Source: Chitinophaga pinensis (GTDB lineage: Bacteria; Bacteroidota; Bacteroidia; UKL13-3). From it: DNA of 64,000 nucleotides. The notes under the pieces were generated by a model. It worked only from the letters and a program-made list of their open reading frames with translations. It was not told the origin of the DNA and did not search any database. The translations under genes and the position numbers were made by a program. The stretch lies in assembly GCA_945870425.1 (NCBI GenBank), contig CAMBSD010000010.1, positions 13,653 to 77,652 of the forward strand, given 5' to 3'. Positions 38,501 to 47,397 of this stretch are shown here, one piece after another. Every line of letters begins with the position of its first letter. Position 1 is the stretch's first letter.

Positions 38501-39697
38501 ATTGTCTTGTGTGCCAATGCTAAACATATCTCTTCTAGTTGGACTGCAACTACCATGGTATATCTCATATCCCGCTATGCCATCACTTTTGGGAGTCCAA
38601 TTATTTCCCCCATCAACACTTAAAAAAATACCTCCATCATTAACATTGTATAGGTTTGCATTATTATAGGGTGAAGTAATAATTTGGTGCATATCAGTAT
38701 GACATTTTTGCCACCAGTTCGTAAGTTGTGTCCATGTTACTCCGCCATCCGTTGATTTCCAATTATTGTGGGCCACTAGGTATAAAATATTTGCATTGGT
38801 TCTATCTACTCCAATACCAAAATTATAATCTCCTTGACCAGATGAGGTTGGTGAATTATCATAATAGGTAAGGTATGGTGATGCTGTGTTTTTTACTGCC
38901 GAGAATGAAAGTCCTCCATTAATAGACTTGTAAACTGTGCCGCTATTTGCCACCATAGCGAGGTAAACCACATTGGTATCAGCGGGGGTTACTGCAATTC
39001 TACATCCATTTCCGTTGGTAATTCCTGAGGGTAAAACGATACCTGATGTAATTTGTGTCCAAGTATCGCCAAAGTCTAACGAGCGGAAAAATGCCGAATC
39101 TCTGGTAGCTGCATACAATGTTCTTGAAGTAGGTGTTTTTTGCTTTAAATCACCAAAACCCCTTGACGCTGTTTTTAGTGTCCATGTTGAACCTGCATCA
39201 TTGGTTTTATAAATACCTGTATTGGTAATGGCTACTATGCTGTTGTTATTGTTAGGGTCCATTACCATATCAATTACTAATTTACCTGTTAGGGAAGTTT
39301 GGGTAAATGTTTGACCACCATTGGTAGATTTCATTACCCCATTTCCGGAATAATAATAATTACGATCACCTGTTCCCAAGTATATAATTTGGTCATTTGT
39401 ATAATCAATACAAACTGATGCTAATCTAGCACTTGCCATAAAATCAGTACCAGGCGCAACTACCCAATTAGCACCAGCGTCAGTGGTAATAAATAAGCCG
39501 CCCCGAGCACTTACTGCATACATTTTATTGGCATTACTTGCGTGAAATTTTAGTTGACTTACGCGACTAATGCCATTTATTTGACCGCTTGCATTGGTAG
39601 GAAATTTGGTTGGTAATACAGCAGACCAATTGGCTGATTGAGAATAGCCAATGAATGTGCAAATAAGAGATAGTAATAGAAGTAGATATTTTTTCAT
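35528..39697 (-). CDS. Secreted VPS10/BNR (Asp-box) beta-propeller protein with PKD, two FN3 domains and a dockerin-like C-terminus
   Basis: Repeated S/T-x-D/N-G-G-x-x-W/F boxes, PKD (FSDLSTG...WTFTGG), FN3 repeats (ITGLAAGTVYYCRV; VSGLNPNTKYYYRL), paired GDINQDGSID / DLNGDASTD loops. Confidence 0.85.
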   Translation of the reverse strand: MKKYLLLLLSLICTFIGYSQSANWSAVLPTKFPTNASGQINGISRVSQLKFHASNANKMYAVSARGGLFITTDAGANWVVAPGTDFMASARLASVCIDYTNDQIIYLGTGDRNYYYSGNGVMKSTNGGQTFTQTSLTGKLVIDMVMDPNNNNSIVAITNTGIYKTNDAGSTWTLKTASRGFGDLKQKTPTSRTLYAATRDSAFFRSLDFGDTWTQITSGIVLPSGITNGNGCRIAVTPADTNVVYLAMVANSGTVYKSINGGLSFSAVKNTASPYLTYYDNSPTSSGQGDYNFGIGVDRTNANILYLVAHNNWKSTDGGVTWTQLTNWWQKCHTDMHQIITSPYNNANLYNVNDGGIFLSVDGGNNWTPKSDGIAGYEIYHGSCSPTRRDMFSIGTQDNGELYANSSGWFTNRGGDWQSHCVFDYRPNSSMAYYYNPDWGARNLPKRRLVNGSEATYGLPSTVEDITDITFHRSNPNLAFASDTIIYRTTNLTAGAPSWSQIANFGKKIMAMHCHFADANRLYVITSDGLIYVSTNALAATPSFTSYTLPNTSNNEANITTIKSNINTIYITINTKVYRSTNNGATWTNITFNLPSVNHDKIIADEYYSSNELVFIASNNTVYYKIATANTWTIFNTNLPSRTDAIDISIFNDSTSNTLLRYTSYGRGMWETPINNLRALTCNFIADNTNPCPGATVTFSDLSTGNVASRNWTFTGGTPSSSTLSNPTVTFPSGVYNVSLTVSDGTNNSTANKSNYINTSGGNLPISEGFEGTTDPPIGWKNIDNGTVGNAWVKASTAGGFATSTNSMMFDNYSWNIVGQKDEIQTSRFDLSNYNSARVTFDVAYQVYSGYSDTLAVLLSTDCGATFTRIYAKGGTTLSTAGSASVSFIPNAAQWRKDSINLTPYIGQSSVIIAFQNINGYGNKLYLDNINVTATVAANAGIDKSICTGASTSIGSASVNGLSYTWSPITGLSASNISNPSATPGSSTTYFVTATHNLSGIQNRDTVLVTVNPILNAPTNLTSASANVNSFTSNWSSVVGATSYTIDVSIDSNFGSFVSGYNALSVATNSKVITGLAAGTVYYCRVKSIGNCSSGNSTKSSITTISNPPTALFANTISTNSFKANWTPALGAASYTIDVSSNRSFTSFITGYNALSVIGNNSMVSGLNPNTKYYYRLKSINTSGASVNSTIDSVITSNVVNLNITAFIQGLYTGNNQMTSAPRNADATSSLSIADTVTIELHSSTAPFSTQYSQKSTLDINGLSNIILPGASIGNSYYISVLHRNAIETWSANPVFISAITNYNFSSGIGQAYSSNLVDMGNGIYAIFSGDINQDGSIDFNDYPTLDISSSNGDLGYVATDLNGDASTDFNDYPLIDINSSLGIIKSTP

Positions 39698-39713
39698 GTA
39701 AAGTTTACCTTTC

Positions 39714-40172
39714 TTATTTGTAAGATTTATTAAGTTTTTTCATTTCCTCTTGCTGTCTATTCCAAATTTCAAGCTTTTGATCATAGCTTAAAAGATGACC
39801 ATCTTCCTGAACAAATTTCTTCACTTCGCGTTTCCAATTATCAAATCTTTTGCATTCGTATTTCATTCTATCAAACACAGTTCTTTCAGCAGGGGTCATC
39901 TTGGCTAGTTTTTTCTCAAATTTTTCACGCTTTCTTTCTTCTTTTCTTGAGCCATGCTCATTAATTGCATCCTCTTCTTCCTGAGGTCTAAGGCGGTTTT
40001 GCCAATATTGTTCATACGCTTTCAAAGCCTCATAATAATTCACATTGCTATCGTCCATCATTTCAATCCACATAGGTTTGATGCTGTATTCTTTGGGGTT
40101 GTATTGAGTATCTTGGGCCCATACAGCATTGAGGCTTAAAAATAATACAAGGCAGAAAAATAGTTTTTGCAT
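39714..40172 (-). CDS. Secreted helical protein resembling the N-terminal pro-region of VPS10-like proteins
   Basis: Start MQKLFFCLVLFLSLNAVWA (signal peptide); WIEMMDD..VNYY...AYEQYW...KRFDNWKR; ends 16 nt before the 39697 start. Confidence 0.7.
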   Translation of the reverse strand: MQKLFFCLVLFLSLNAVWAQDTQYNPKEYSIKPMWIEMMDDSNVNYYEALKAYEQYWQNRLRPQEEEDAINEHGSRKEERKREKFEKKLAKMTPAERTVFDRMKYECKRFDNWKREVKKFVQEDGHLLSYDQKLEIWNRQQEEMKKLNKSYK

Positions 40173-40400
40173 GTGCTTTTTTTTGAATAAGATATTCAAA
40201 CATATTAAATTATTTTCAATAATTGTTGATGCTACATGTAAAATCAAATAGTTGTCTTAGAAAATATTAAACAAATTAACCTAAACCTTTGCCCTTGATT
40301 AGTCAGCAATTGATTGGGTATATTTTATGGCTATCAATTAACATGTTAGCTTTCGTTAATTTTTGTTTACTTTACATCTTTATCTGCAAACTAAAATCCT

Positions 40401-40748
40401 ATGTCAGAATTACCTGAATGCCCAAAATGTAAATCACCCTACACCTACGAAATGGATAACTTATTGGTATGTCCTGAATGTGCACACGAGTGGAGTGTAG
40501 AATCTGTTTCTGATGCAGTTGCTGCGGGTGATACATTGGTGGTGAAAGATTGCAATGGCAATATTTTGCAAAACGGAGATTCAGTAATTATTGTTAAAGA
40601 TTTGCCTGTAAAAGGTTTTTCGAAAAATATTAAAACGGGTACCAAAGTAAAAAACATTCGCTTGGTGGATGGAGACCACAACATCGACTGCAAAGTAGGG
40701 GAATTTGGGGCTATGGCTTTGAAATCTATTTTTGTGAAAAAAGCTTAG
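40401..40748 (+). CDS. Zinc-ribbon YjdM/PhnA family protein
   Basis: CPKC..YTYE...[26 protein letters not shown]. Confidence 0.93.
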   Translation: MSELPECPKCKSPYTYEMDNLLVCPECAHEWSVESVSDAVAAGDTLVVKDCNGNILQNGDSVIIVKDLPVKGFSKNIKTGTKVKNIRLVDGDHNIDCKVGEFGAMALKSIFVKKA

Positions 40749-40760
40749 TGAGTGTGCTTT

Positions 40761-40844
40761 GTCCTTGGTTTGTGTCCCCACAAACCAAATCTATTTTATA
40801 ATCTATTTTATACAGAAGGATTGGTGAGGACACCAACCTTGGAC
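40761..40844. repeat. Pair of inverted REP-like palindromes with an internal 12-bp tandem duplication
   Basis: gtccttggtttgtg-tccc-cacaaaccaa and its inverted copy ttggtg-agga-caccaaccttggac, with atctattttata x2 between them. Confidence 0.8.
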
Positions 40845-40850
40845 AAAAAA

Positions 40851-40997
40851 TTAAACAAGTACAACATCCAACAAACCTTTACCATCTGCATAATCAATAG
40901 CTGAACTAAATTTATAATGCTCAGGATAATTTACAAACTCAGCTTTAACAGGAGAATCACCTTCAGCAAAATAAATGTCAGGTGGAAACACCTGACA
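40851..40997 (-). mobile_element. Internally deleted RAYT remnant with a flanking REP hairpin
   Basis: SPVKAEFVNYPEHYKFSSAIDYADGKGLLDV matches the RAYT C-terminus (NPV.AG.V..PE.Y.YSSA.DY...KGLL); palindrome tgtcaggtg-gaaa-cacctgaca at 40976-40997. Confidence 0.7.
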
Positions 40998-41053
40998 ATG
41001 TAATCCCGAATGGCATCTTCCCGAATGGCACTCCTCAAAAAGCCAGCCAACCC

Positions 41054-43141
41054 CTATATAAACCCATTCCATTTTCTTATGAACCACTCTAGGCTCAGTA
41101 AACCTAGTATTACAAAGAAAATCCATTTCAAGTTTAACAACTCTTTTACTTCGTTTTGTTTGTATATAACGGGTTTAATGTTTTCGTTTTGTTCAATGGC
41201 TTTTTCCAATGCATCCAATTGGTTTTTATAAAATAATTGTCCACCACTTTGCAAAGCTATGTTATTTAAAAGTTGGTGGTTGGCTTTGGTTTCAATTAAT
41301 TCAGCTTGTAAGGCAGCCACAATAAATTGCCCATTTTTATAATACGTTTTATTGCCGCTTGTTACCTTGGCATTATAGGTATAAGTGCCCACAGGCATAT
41401 TGCCCAACTTGGCATGATAGCTTTTTTCGGTTTTGCTAAAGGTATATTGAAAGAGTTTGCCTTTGCTATCTTTCACTTCCAAACTAACATCAGGTTGGTT
41501 TATCAATTCATAGCTTTCATTGTATAGCTCTGCATCCAATTCGATTTTTTCGTTTTCAAAAAACTTCTTTTTAATGCTGCTAACCCTGAATAAACTGTTG
41601 TCGTTTTTACTTGCCAACAACTGCACTATTTTGCTCATGAGCTCATTGGTAATATCATGGTTTTGTTGGAGCAAATAGTTTTGCAAACGCCATTTCCAAA
41701 AGCCCTCGCCACAGAAATAGCCTGTTTGCTGTCTATTGCTTTTTATAAAAAAAACCAAAGGCACTTGGGTTTTTACATATCCTATTTGCTGATAAAACAG
41801 CACTTGTGCATCTAATGGAACTTTATAGTTGCCATATGGTGCAGATAGAGGTGGAAATTTTTGTATGATATTGGCATTGCTTTCATCCAAACCAAATAGC
41901 GCAAATTGCTTGTTAAATATAGCACTTACATCATTGCTATTGGTTCTGTTGCCAGTAATAATCAGTTCGCCACTTTCATTGCTAATTTGGTTTACACCCG
42001 TGGCATTGCCCAATACAAAAAGAAGCGGAATTTGTTTCTCGCGAAGTGATTTTATCAAGCGCAATCCCTCGTTTCGTGAGCCTGGTAATTGATGGAGGAT
42101 AACCAAATCGTACCTTGATTTTTCATCATAGTTGAAGTTTTCGAGTAGGCTATAGCTCACCTCATAATTAAGATTGCTTTCAATGCTTTGTTTCATGGCA
42201 GACACATCTGGGTGAGGTGCTTGTGCCAGTATCAATACCTTTTGCTTCGATTTGATCACATTGATAAAAACATCATACACATTGTTGGCATAAGAAATTT
42301 CATTACTTAGAGGTAAAATTTGAATACTGTAATGTTCCGTACCTTCTTCGTTTGCTTCTAGTTTTACAGGTATGTTATTGAAGTATGATTGGCTATTGAT
42401 TTGAAGGTTTTGTTCAAAAATCGTTTTACCATTGCGGTTAATTTTAAGCTTACTGTTTTGGTTAAGGCAATTGAAAGTTTTGCATTCTATTTGCATTTCA
42501 AAATTATTGCCTGCAAATACCAATTGGTTGTGTCGCACATTACTAATCAAGGCATCTTTTTGTTGATTGGTATCTCCTAAGGCAATCGTAAATACAGGTG
42601 CTTTAGTATTTTTAGATGTATAGATTGGATTTTCACCTTCATTGTAGATTCCATCACTTGCTAAAATGATGGCACCCAAATTTAGGTTGCTGAATTTGTT
42701 TTCAGCTTCACTAAACACTTTTGATAAGTCGCTTTGCTTTTGGCTGAAATCAATCTTGGTATCTTCGTTTACATCTTTGCCAAGGGTATAGAATTTTACT
42801 TCGTACTTATTGGATAGTTTGTCTTTAAATTCAAGTATTTGCTTGGCAAAATCATTTCTGTAAAAAGCGGAATCTTTGTTACTCACAATTGACTGACTGT
42901 TATCAACTGCTAACATGATAATGGGTTTCTCAACTTTTCGATTTACTAGGTTCAATAAGGGTCCTAAAAGCAAAAAGCAAAGAATGAAAATGCTTGCAAA
43001 ACGCAGGACATGAATTAGCCAAAGTATGTATTTATTGCTGATATCTAAAGGGTTTTTGCGATACAAAAACCAAGCAGAGCTTGCAGCTAATAGGCAACAT
43101 ATAAATAGGTATAAGTAAGGATAAGAAACTTGAAAACTCAT
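41054..43141 (-). CDS. Conserved Bacteroidota membrane protein with VWA-like domain
   Basis: N-terminal TMs, AVDNSQSI, ILASDGIYNEG, GFWKWRL, C-terminal LLSLEWFIRKWNG. Confidence 0.8.
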   Translation of the reverse strand: MSFQVSYPYLYLFICCLLAASSAWFLYRKNPLDISNKYILWLIHVLRFASIFILCFLLLGPLLNLVNRKVEKPIIMLAVDNSQSIVSNKDSAFYRNDFAKQILEFKDKLSNKYEVKFYTLGKDVNEDTKIDFSQKQSDLSKVFSEAENKFSNLNLGAIILASDGIYNEGENPIYTSKNTKAPVFTIALGDTNQQKDALISNVRHNQLVFAGNNFEMQIECKTFNCLNQNSKLKINRNGKTIFEQNLQINSQSYFNNIPVKLEANEEGTEHYSIQILPLSNEISYANNVYDVFINVIKSKQKVLILAQAPHPDVSAMKQSIESNLNYEVSYSLLENFNYDEKSRYDLVILHQLPGSRNEGLRLIKSLREKQIPLLFVLGNATGVNQISNESGELIITGNRTNSNDVSAIFNKQFALFGLDESNANIIQKFPPLSAPYGNYKVPLDAQVLFYQQIGYVKTQVPLVFFIKSNRQQTGYFCGEGFWKWRLQNYLLQQNHDITNELMSKIVQLLASKNDNSLFRVSSIKKKFFENEKIELDAELYNESYELINQPDVSLEVKDSKGKLFQYTFSKTEKSYHAKLGNMPVGTYTYNAKVTSGNKTYYKNGQFIVAALQAELIETKANHQLLNNIALQSGGQLFYKNQLDALEKAIEQNENIKPVIYKQNEVKELLNLKWIFFVILGLLSLEWFIRKWNGFI

Positions 43142-43241
43142 AGTAAATTCAGATAACGAATTAAGGTAAAAATCTGCGGAAAACGAATCATTTTAAAATT
43201 ACCTTGATTATCACGAATTTATTGATGTATTTTGTAATCGT

Positions 43242-43637
43242 TTGAAGAAAATTTGTACCATATTATTGCTTTGCATTTATACGATTGCCAATGTGGGTGT
43301 GTATGCCAATACGCACTACTGTGGCGGGGTTATCACACATTTGGGTTTGTTTGAAAATGCTGATGAGCAGGACCAATGTGAATGTGCAGCCATGAAAAAA
43401 ACGGATTGCTGCGATGATGTGCAAGTAAAAGCCAATGTTAAATCTGAAAGTGTTATCTCACCTGTTTTGCAAAGTAATTTAGTCTTTAAAATTATAAAAG
43501 TTCTTTATTCTAATCATTCAGCCTTTACTCAAAATTTAGGAACAAAATCTATTCAAAAAATATTTATCCATAAATGGCGGTGCGCCTTGCCTAATTTTTC
43601 TCTGCTGGGCACCACCACAACAATTCTCAGGTTTTAG
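43242..43637 (+). CDS. HYC_CC_PP family protein
   Basis: Signal-like N-terminus, THYCGG, CEC....DCCDD, C-terminal ILRF; the canonical PP is replaced by ALP. Confidence 0.75.
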   Translation: MKKICTILLLCIYTIANVGVYANTHYCGGVITHLGLFENADEQDQCECAAMKKTDCCDDVQVKANVKSESVISPVLQSNLVFKIIKVLYSNHSAFTQNLGTKSIQKIFIHKWRCALPNFSLLGTTTTILRF

Positions 43638-43748
43638 GATTTTCGCTCGAATTAGCGTGCGATGAAATTCGCTTGTTGTGCATCGTTAGATGCCAATTCT
43701 AGCTGCATTTAATGTGGCTTTTCTTCACAATACAAATTCTTAAATAAA

Positions 43749-44096
43749 ATGAAAAACATACTATTCATATTAGCTGTCATTGCTATTTCGTTTTCAGTGA
43801 CTGCTCAAAACAAAACTATAAAAACAAGTTTCAAAGTGTATGGCAATTGTACCCAATGCAAAGAGCGTATAGAGTCGGCCTTGGACATTAAAGGAATCAA
43901 AATAGCAGAGTGGAATATCGATACCAAAGTTTTGCAATTGGTATATGATTCATCAAAAATTTCTGAAAGTCAAATTAGACAAAAGGTTGCAGCAGTAGGA
44001 CACGATACCGAAAAAGATAAAGCACCAGATAATGTCTATTTGCGACTACCTGATTGTTGTTTATTTAGGGAAAACAACAATACCCATCATGATTAG
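43749..44096 (+). CDS. Periplasmic heavy-metal-associated (HMA) domain protein
   Basis: VYGNCTQCKERIE, VGHDT, LPDCC. Confidence 0.9.
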   Translation: MKNILFILAVIAISFSVTAQNKTIKTSFKVYGNCTQCKERIESALDIKGIKIAEWNIDTKVLQLVYDSSKISESQIRQKVAAVGHDTEKDKAPDNVYLRLPDCCLFRENNNTHHD

Positions 44097-44119
44097 TTAT
44101 AATTTAATCGATTAAAATT

Positions 44120-46369
44120 ATGAAACGATTTGTATTTTTTGTATGGTGTTGTCTAACACTATACCAAACTGCTGTGTCACAAAACCAAAGTTTAAAAGGC
44201 ATCGTTTTAGAAACCGACCCTAAAGGAAATATTACTGCTTTAAAAGGAGCGCTTGTTTCATGGTTACACACAGCTATTGGCACATCAACAGATAGTTTGG
44301 GTGTCTTTATACTTCCTGCTTCTGAGAAAAGTAATCGCATCGTAGTGAATGCTACAGGTTATGTGAGTGATACCATTTTGATTACTAAAAGCCATTTTGT
44401 GAAAGTAATCATGATAAGTAAAAGTAAACTAGGAGAGCTTACCATTTCATACGAAAGACAGAGCACTGCAATTAGTTTTATTGATCCTTGGAAAACAAGC
44501 ATCATGAATGAAAGAGAATTATTCAAGTCAGCTTGCTGCAATTTAAGTGAGAGTTTTGAAACCAATCCTTCTGTGGATGTAAGCTACAGCGATGCCTTAA
44601 CAGGAACAAAACAAATTCAAATGCTTGGTTTGGCAAGTCAACACGCACAACTAACCCAAGAGGCGATGCCTTCTACACGAGGATTGGCAAGTAATTTCGG
44701 GTTTTCATATACCCCAGGTACCTGGATAAATAGTATTCAATTGAGCAAAGGTGTGGGTAGTGTGGTAAATGGATATGAAAGTATAGCAGGTGGTATCAAT
44801 GTTGAACTTCATAAACCCGATGTGAAAGAGAAATTATATTTTAATGCATATGGTAGCGAGGGTGGGAGATATGAAACCAATCTTATTCTTGCTAACAAAA
44901 TCAATCCAAAGTATAGTCATTCGGTGTTTTTACACGCAAGTACCTTAAACCAAAGGATGGATAGAAATAATGATGGATATCTTGATAATCCATTGGGTTA
45001 TCAATTGAATGCTATGTATCGTTTTAAATTCGAAAACCATAAGGGTTTCATGGTGCAGGGTGCTATAAGGGCTTTGCAAGATAAAAAAACAGGAGGGGCA
45101 TTGGACATTAGTGATGATATGCAATACAATGTCAATCCGAAGGTATATGGCACACAAGTGAAAGGGGAGAGATATGAAGCCTTTTTGAAAGTGGGATATG
45201 TGTTTGAGAAAAAGCGCTACAAGAGCATCGGTCTGCAAATAAATGCTTCAGATCAAAACTATGATAATTTCTTTGGTGTAAATAAATATAATGGAACAGA
45301 GAAAAGTGTTTATTCTAACCTCATTTACCAGAGCATTATTAGCAATACCAATCATAAATTTAGAACAGGTATTAGCTATATGTTGGATGAATATGATGAG
45401 AAGCTATACAACCTTCAAGAATATACTTTCAAACGAAACGAAAATGTAAGTGGTGCCTTCTTTGAATACACCTATTCTTACTTGGCTAAGTTTACTTTGG
45501 TGGCTGGCAACAGAATGGATTATCACAATTTATTTGGATGGTATTGGGTGCCAAGACTGCATGCACGTTATGCATTTAATGAGAATACTGTGTTAAGAGC
45601 CTCAGCTGGTAAAGGTTGGAGAACACCCAATTTGATAGCAGAAAATAGTGGCATGCTGGCAAGTTCAAGACGGTGGAATTTTCTATCTAAGGATAATCAG
45701 AATGCCTTTGGATTTGAACCAGAAGTGGCTTGGAATTATGGTATCAACTTAACCCATGATTTTAAATTGAATTACAGAAAAGGAACCTTTAGTGTTGATT
45801 ATTATTATTCAGATTTTACAAAGCAAGTGGTTGTGGACAGAGATGCTTATGCCCAGCAAGTTTTGTTTTATCAATTAAATGGTGCATCTTTCTCACACAG
45901 CTTACAAGTGCAGTTGGATTATCAGCCTTTAAAGAGATTTGATGTCCGATTGGCTTATAGGTGGTATGATGTGAAAACCCAATACCAGCAAGGTTTATTT
46001 GAAGTGCCAATGATAGCTGCTCATCGAGCCTTTGTGAATTTGGCTTATCAAACCAAAAATAAATGGACATTTGATTTAACGGCACAATGGTTTGGGCAAA
46101 AAAGATTACCTAATACACAAAGCAATCCCGATGGTTTGAGGTTGGCTAATTATTCAGACGCTTATTTTATATTCAATTCTCAACTCAGCAAATCATTGTT
46201 TCAAAAGAAACTTGATTTGTATGTGGGGCTTGAAAATATTTTTGACTTTAAACAAAATAATCCGATTATTGACGGTTCAAATCCGTTCAGTTCATACTTT
46301 GATTCAAGCATGGTGTGGGCACCAGTTTTTGGTAGAATGATATATGCTGGATTAAGATTTAAAATTTAA
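44120..46369 (+). CDS. TonB-dependent receptor, heavy-metal-associated type
   Basis: Plug KSACCNLSESFETNPSVDV, SKGVGSVVNGYESIAGGIN; C-terminal WAPVFGRMIYAGLRFKI. Confidence 0.9.
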   Translation: MKRFVFFVWCCLTLYQTAVSQNQSLKGIVLETDPKGNITALKGALVSWLHTAIGTSTDSLGVFILPASEKSNRIVVNATGYVSDTILITKSHFVKVIMISKSKLGELTISYERQSTAISFIDPWKTSIMNERELFKSACCNLSESFETNPSVDVSYSDALTGTKQIQMLGLASQHAQLTQEAMPSTRGLASNFGFSYTPGTWINSIQLSKGVGSVVNGYESIAGGINVELHKPDVKEKLYFNAYGSEGGRYETNLILANKINPKYSHSVFLHASTLNQRMDRNNDGYLDNPLGYQLNAMYRFKFENHKGFMVQGAIRALQDKKTGGALDISDDMQYNVNPKVYGTQVKGERYEAFLKVGYVFEKKRYKSIGLQINASDQNYDNFFGVNKYNGTEKSVYSNLIYQSIISNTNHKFRTGISYMLDEYDEKLYNLQEYTFKRNENVSGAFFEYTYSYLAKFTLVAGNRMDYHNLFGWYWVPRLHARYAFNENTVLRASAGKGWRTPNLIAENSGMLASSRRWNFLSKDNQNAFGFEPEVAWNYGINLTHDFKLNYRKGTFSVDYYYSDFTKQVVVDRDAYAQQVLFYQLNGASFSHSLQVQLDYQPLKRFDVRLAYRWYDVKTQYQQGLFEVPMIAAHRAFVNLAYQTKNKWTFDLTAQWFGQKRLPNTQSNPDGLRLANYSDAYFIFNSQLSKSLFQKKLDLYVGLENIFDFKQNNPIIDGSNPFSSYFDSSMVWAPVFGRMIYAGLRFKI

Positions 46370-46385
46370 AACATTCAACTACAAA

Positions 46386-47282
46386 ATGAAAAAACTAATT
46401 ACTTCCATTCTTTTAATTTGTGCCATCAATTCATTGTTTGCGCAAACAATTCCCAATGCTAGTTTTGAGAATTGGACTTTTAAAAATTCGAAATTTTATG
46501 ACCCAGATGGCTGGGGCACTTTAAACCCAATGACATCTCCTGCAAATTTAATTACTTGCAACAAAGGCACTGCTTCCCCAGCGCCTAATGCAGGTATTTC
46601 ATATTTGATGTTATCTTCTAAATCACTAAGTGGACAAACTTTGGGTGCAATTGCAGTTTCAGGGACTTTCGATCCACTAACGGAAGAATTCGGTGGAGGT
46701 TTTGCCATTAATTCAAAACCTTCTAAACTAAACGGTAAATGGCAATACATGGCCCAAGGCGCTGATCAAGGTGCCGTGGCTATCATACTTACTAAACAAA
46801 ACGCAACAACGGGAATGAAAGATACCATGGCAATGGGTGGTCAATTACTTCAAGGAATGGCAATGAGTTGGGCTAGCTTTTCAATTGATATTAATTATTT
46901 ATCTAATGCAATGCCTGATTCTTGTTTAATTATTTTCTTAGCAAGTGGCGGAAATCCTGTTGCAGGAAGTTATTTGTACATAGATGATTTGTCATTTTCA
47001 GGAAATACATCAGTGAGTGAAATAAGTAATTTTAGTTTTTATAATGTGTATCCAAATCCTGTAAAAGAAAAGCTTAACCTTGAAATTAATTTAAAACAAA
47101 ACACTTTGGTTCAAGTTGAAGTGATAGACATTCAAGGTAAACAAATTAAAGCGCAAGATTTTGCTATGAATAAAGGCGAAAATCAAGTTTCAATTGATTT
47201 GTCTGATGTTCAAAAAGGAATTTATATTGTAAGAATGACTGCAGACGGAGAGAGCCTTTCTCAGAAATTAGTAGTCGAATAA
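46386..47282 (+). CDS. T9SS type A cargo protein (IPNASFENW / PCMD-like domain)
   Basis: Signal peptide, IPNASFENW, GSYLYIDDLSF, CTD VYPNP...GIYIVRM...QKLVVE. Confidence 0.85.
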   Translation: MKKLITSILLICAINSLFAQTIPNASFENWTFKNSKFYDPDGWGTLNPMTSPANLITCNKGTASPAPNAGISYLMLSSKSLSGQTLGAIAVSGTFDPLTEEFGGGFAINSKPSKLNGKWQYMAQGADQGAVAIILTKQNATTGMKDTMAMGGQLLQGMAMSWASFSIDINYLSNAMPDSCLIIFLASGGNPVAGSYLYIDDLSFSGNTSVSEISNFSFYNVYPNPVKEKLNLEINLKQNTLVQVEVIDIQGKQIKAQDFAMNKGENQVSIDLSDVQKGIYIVRMTADGESLSQKLVVE

Positions 47283-47303
47283 TACTTCAATCATTTATTA
47301 AGG

Positions 47304-47330
47304 AACGCCACTTTTTAGTGGCGTTTTTTG
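47304..47330 (+). terminator. Rho-independent terminator
   Basis: aacgccact-tttt-agtggcgtt followed by tttt. Confidence 0.8.
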
Positions 47331-47397
47331 TTTAATTATCTTTTATGAATTAGTATTTTAGACTTATCTTCGCCCTCCAATAATTTATAACAATACC

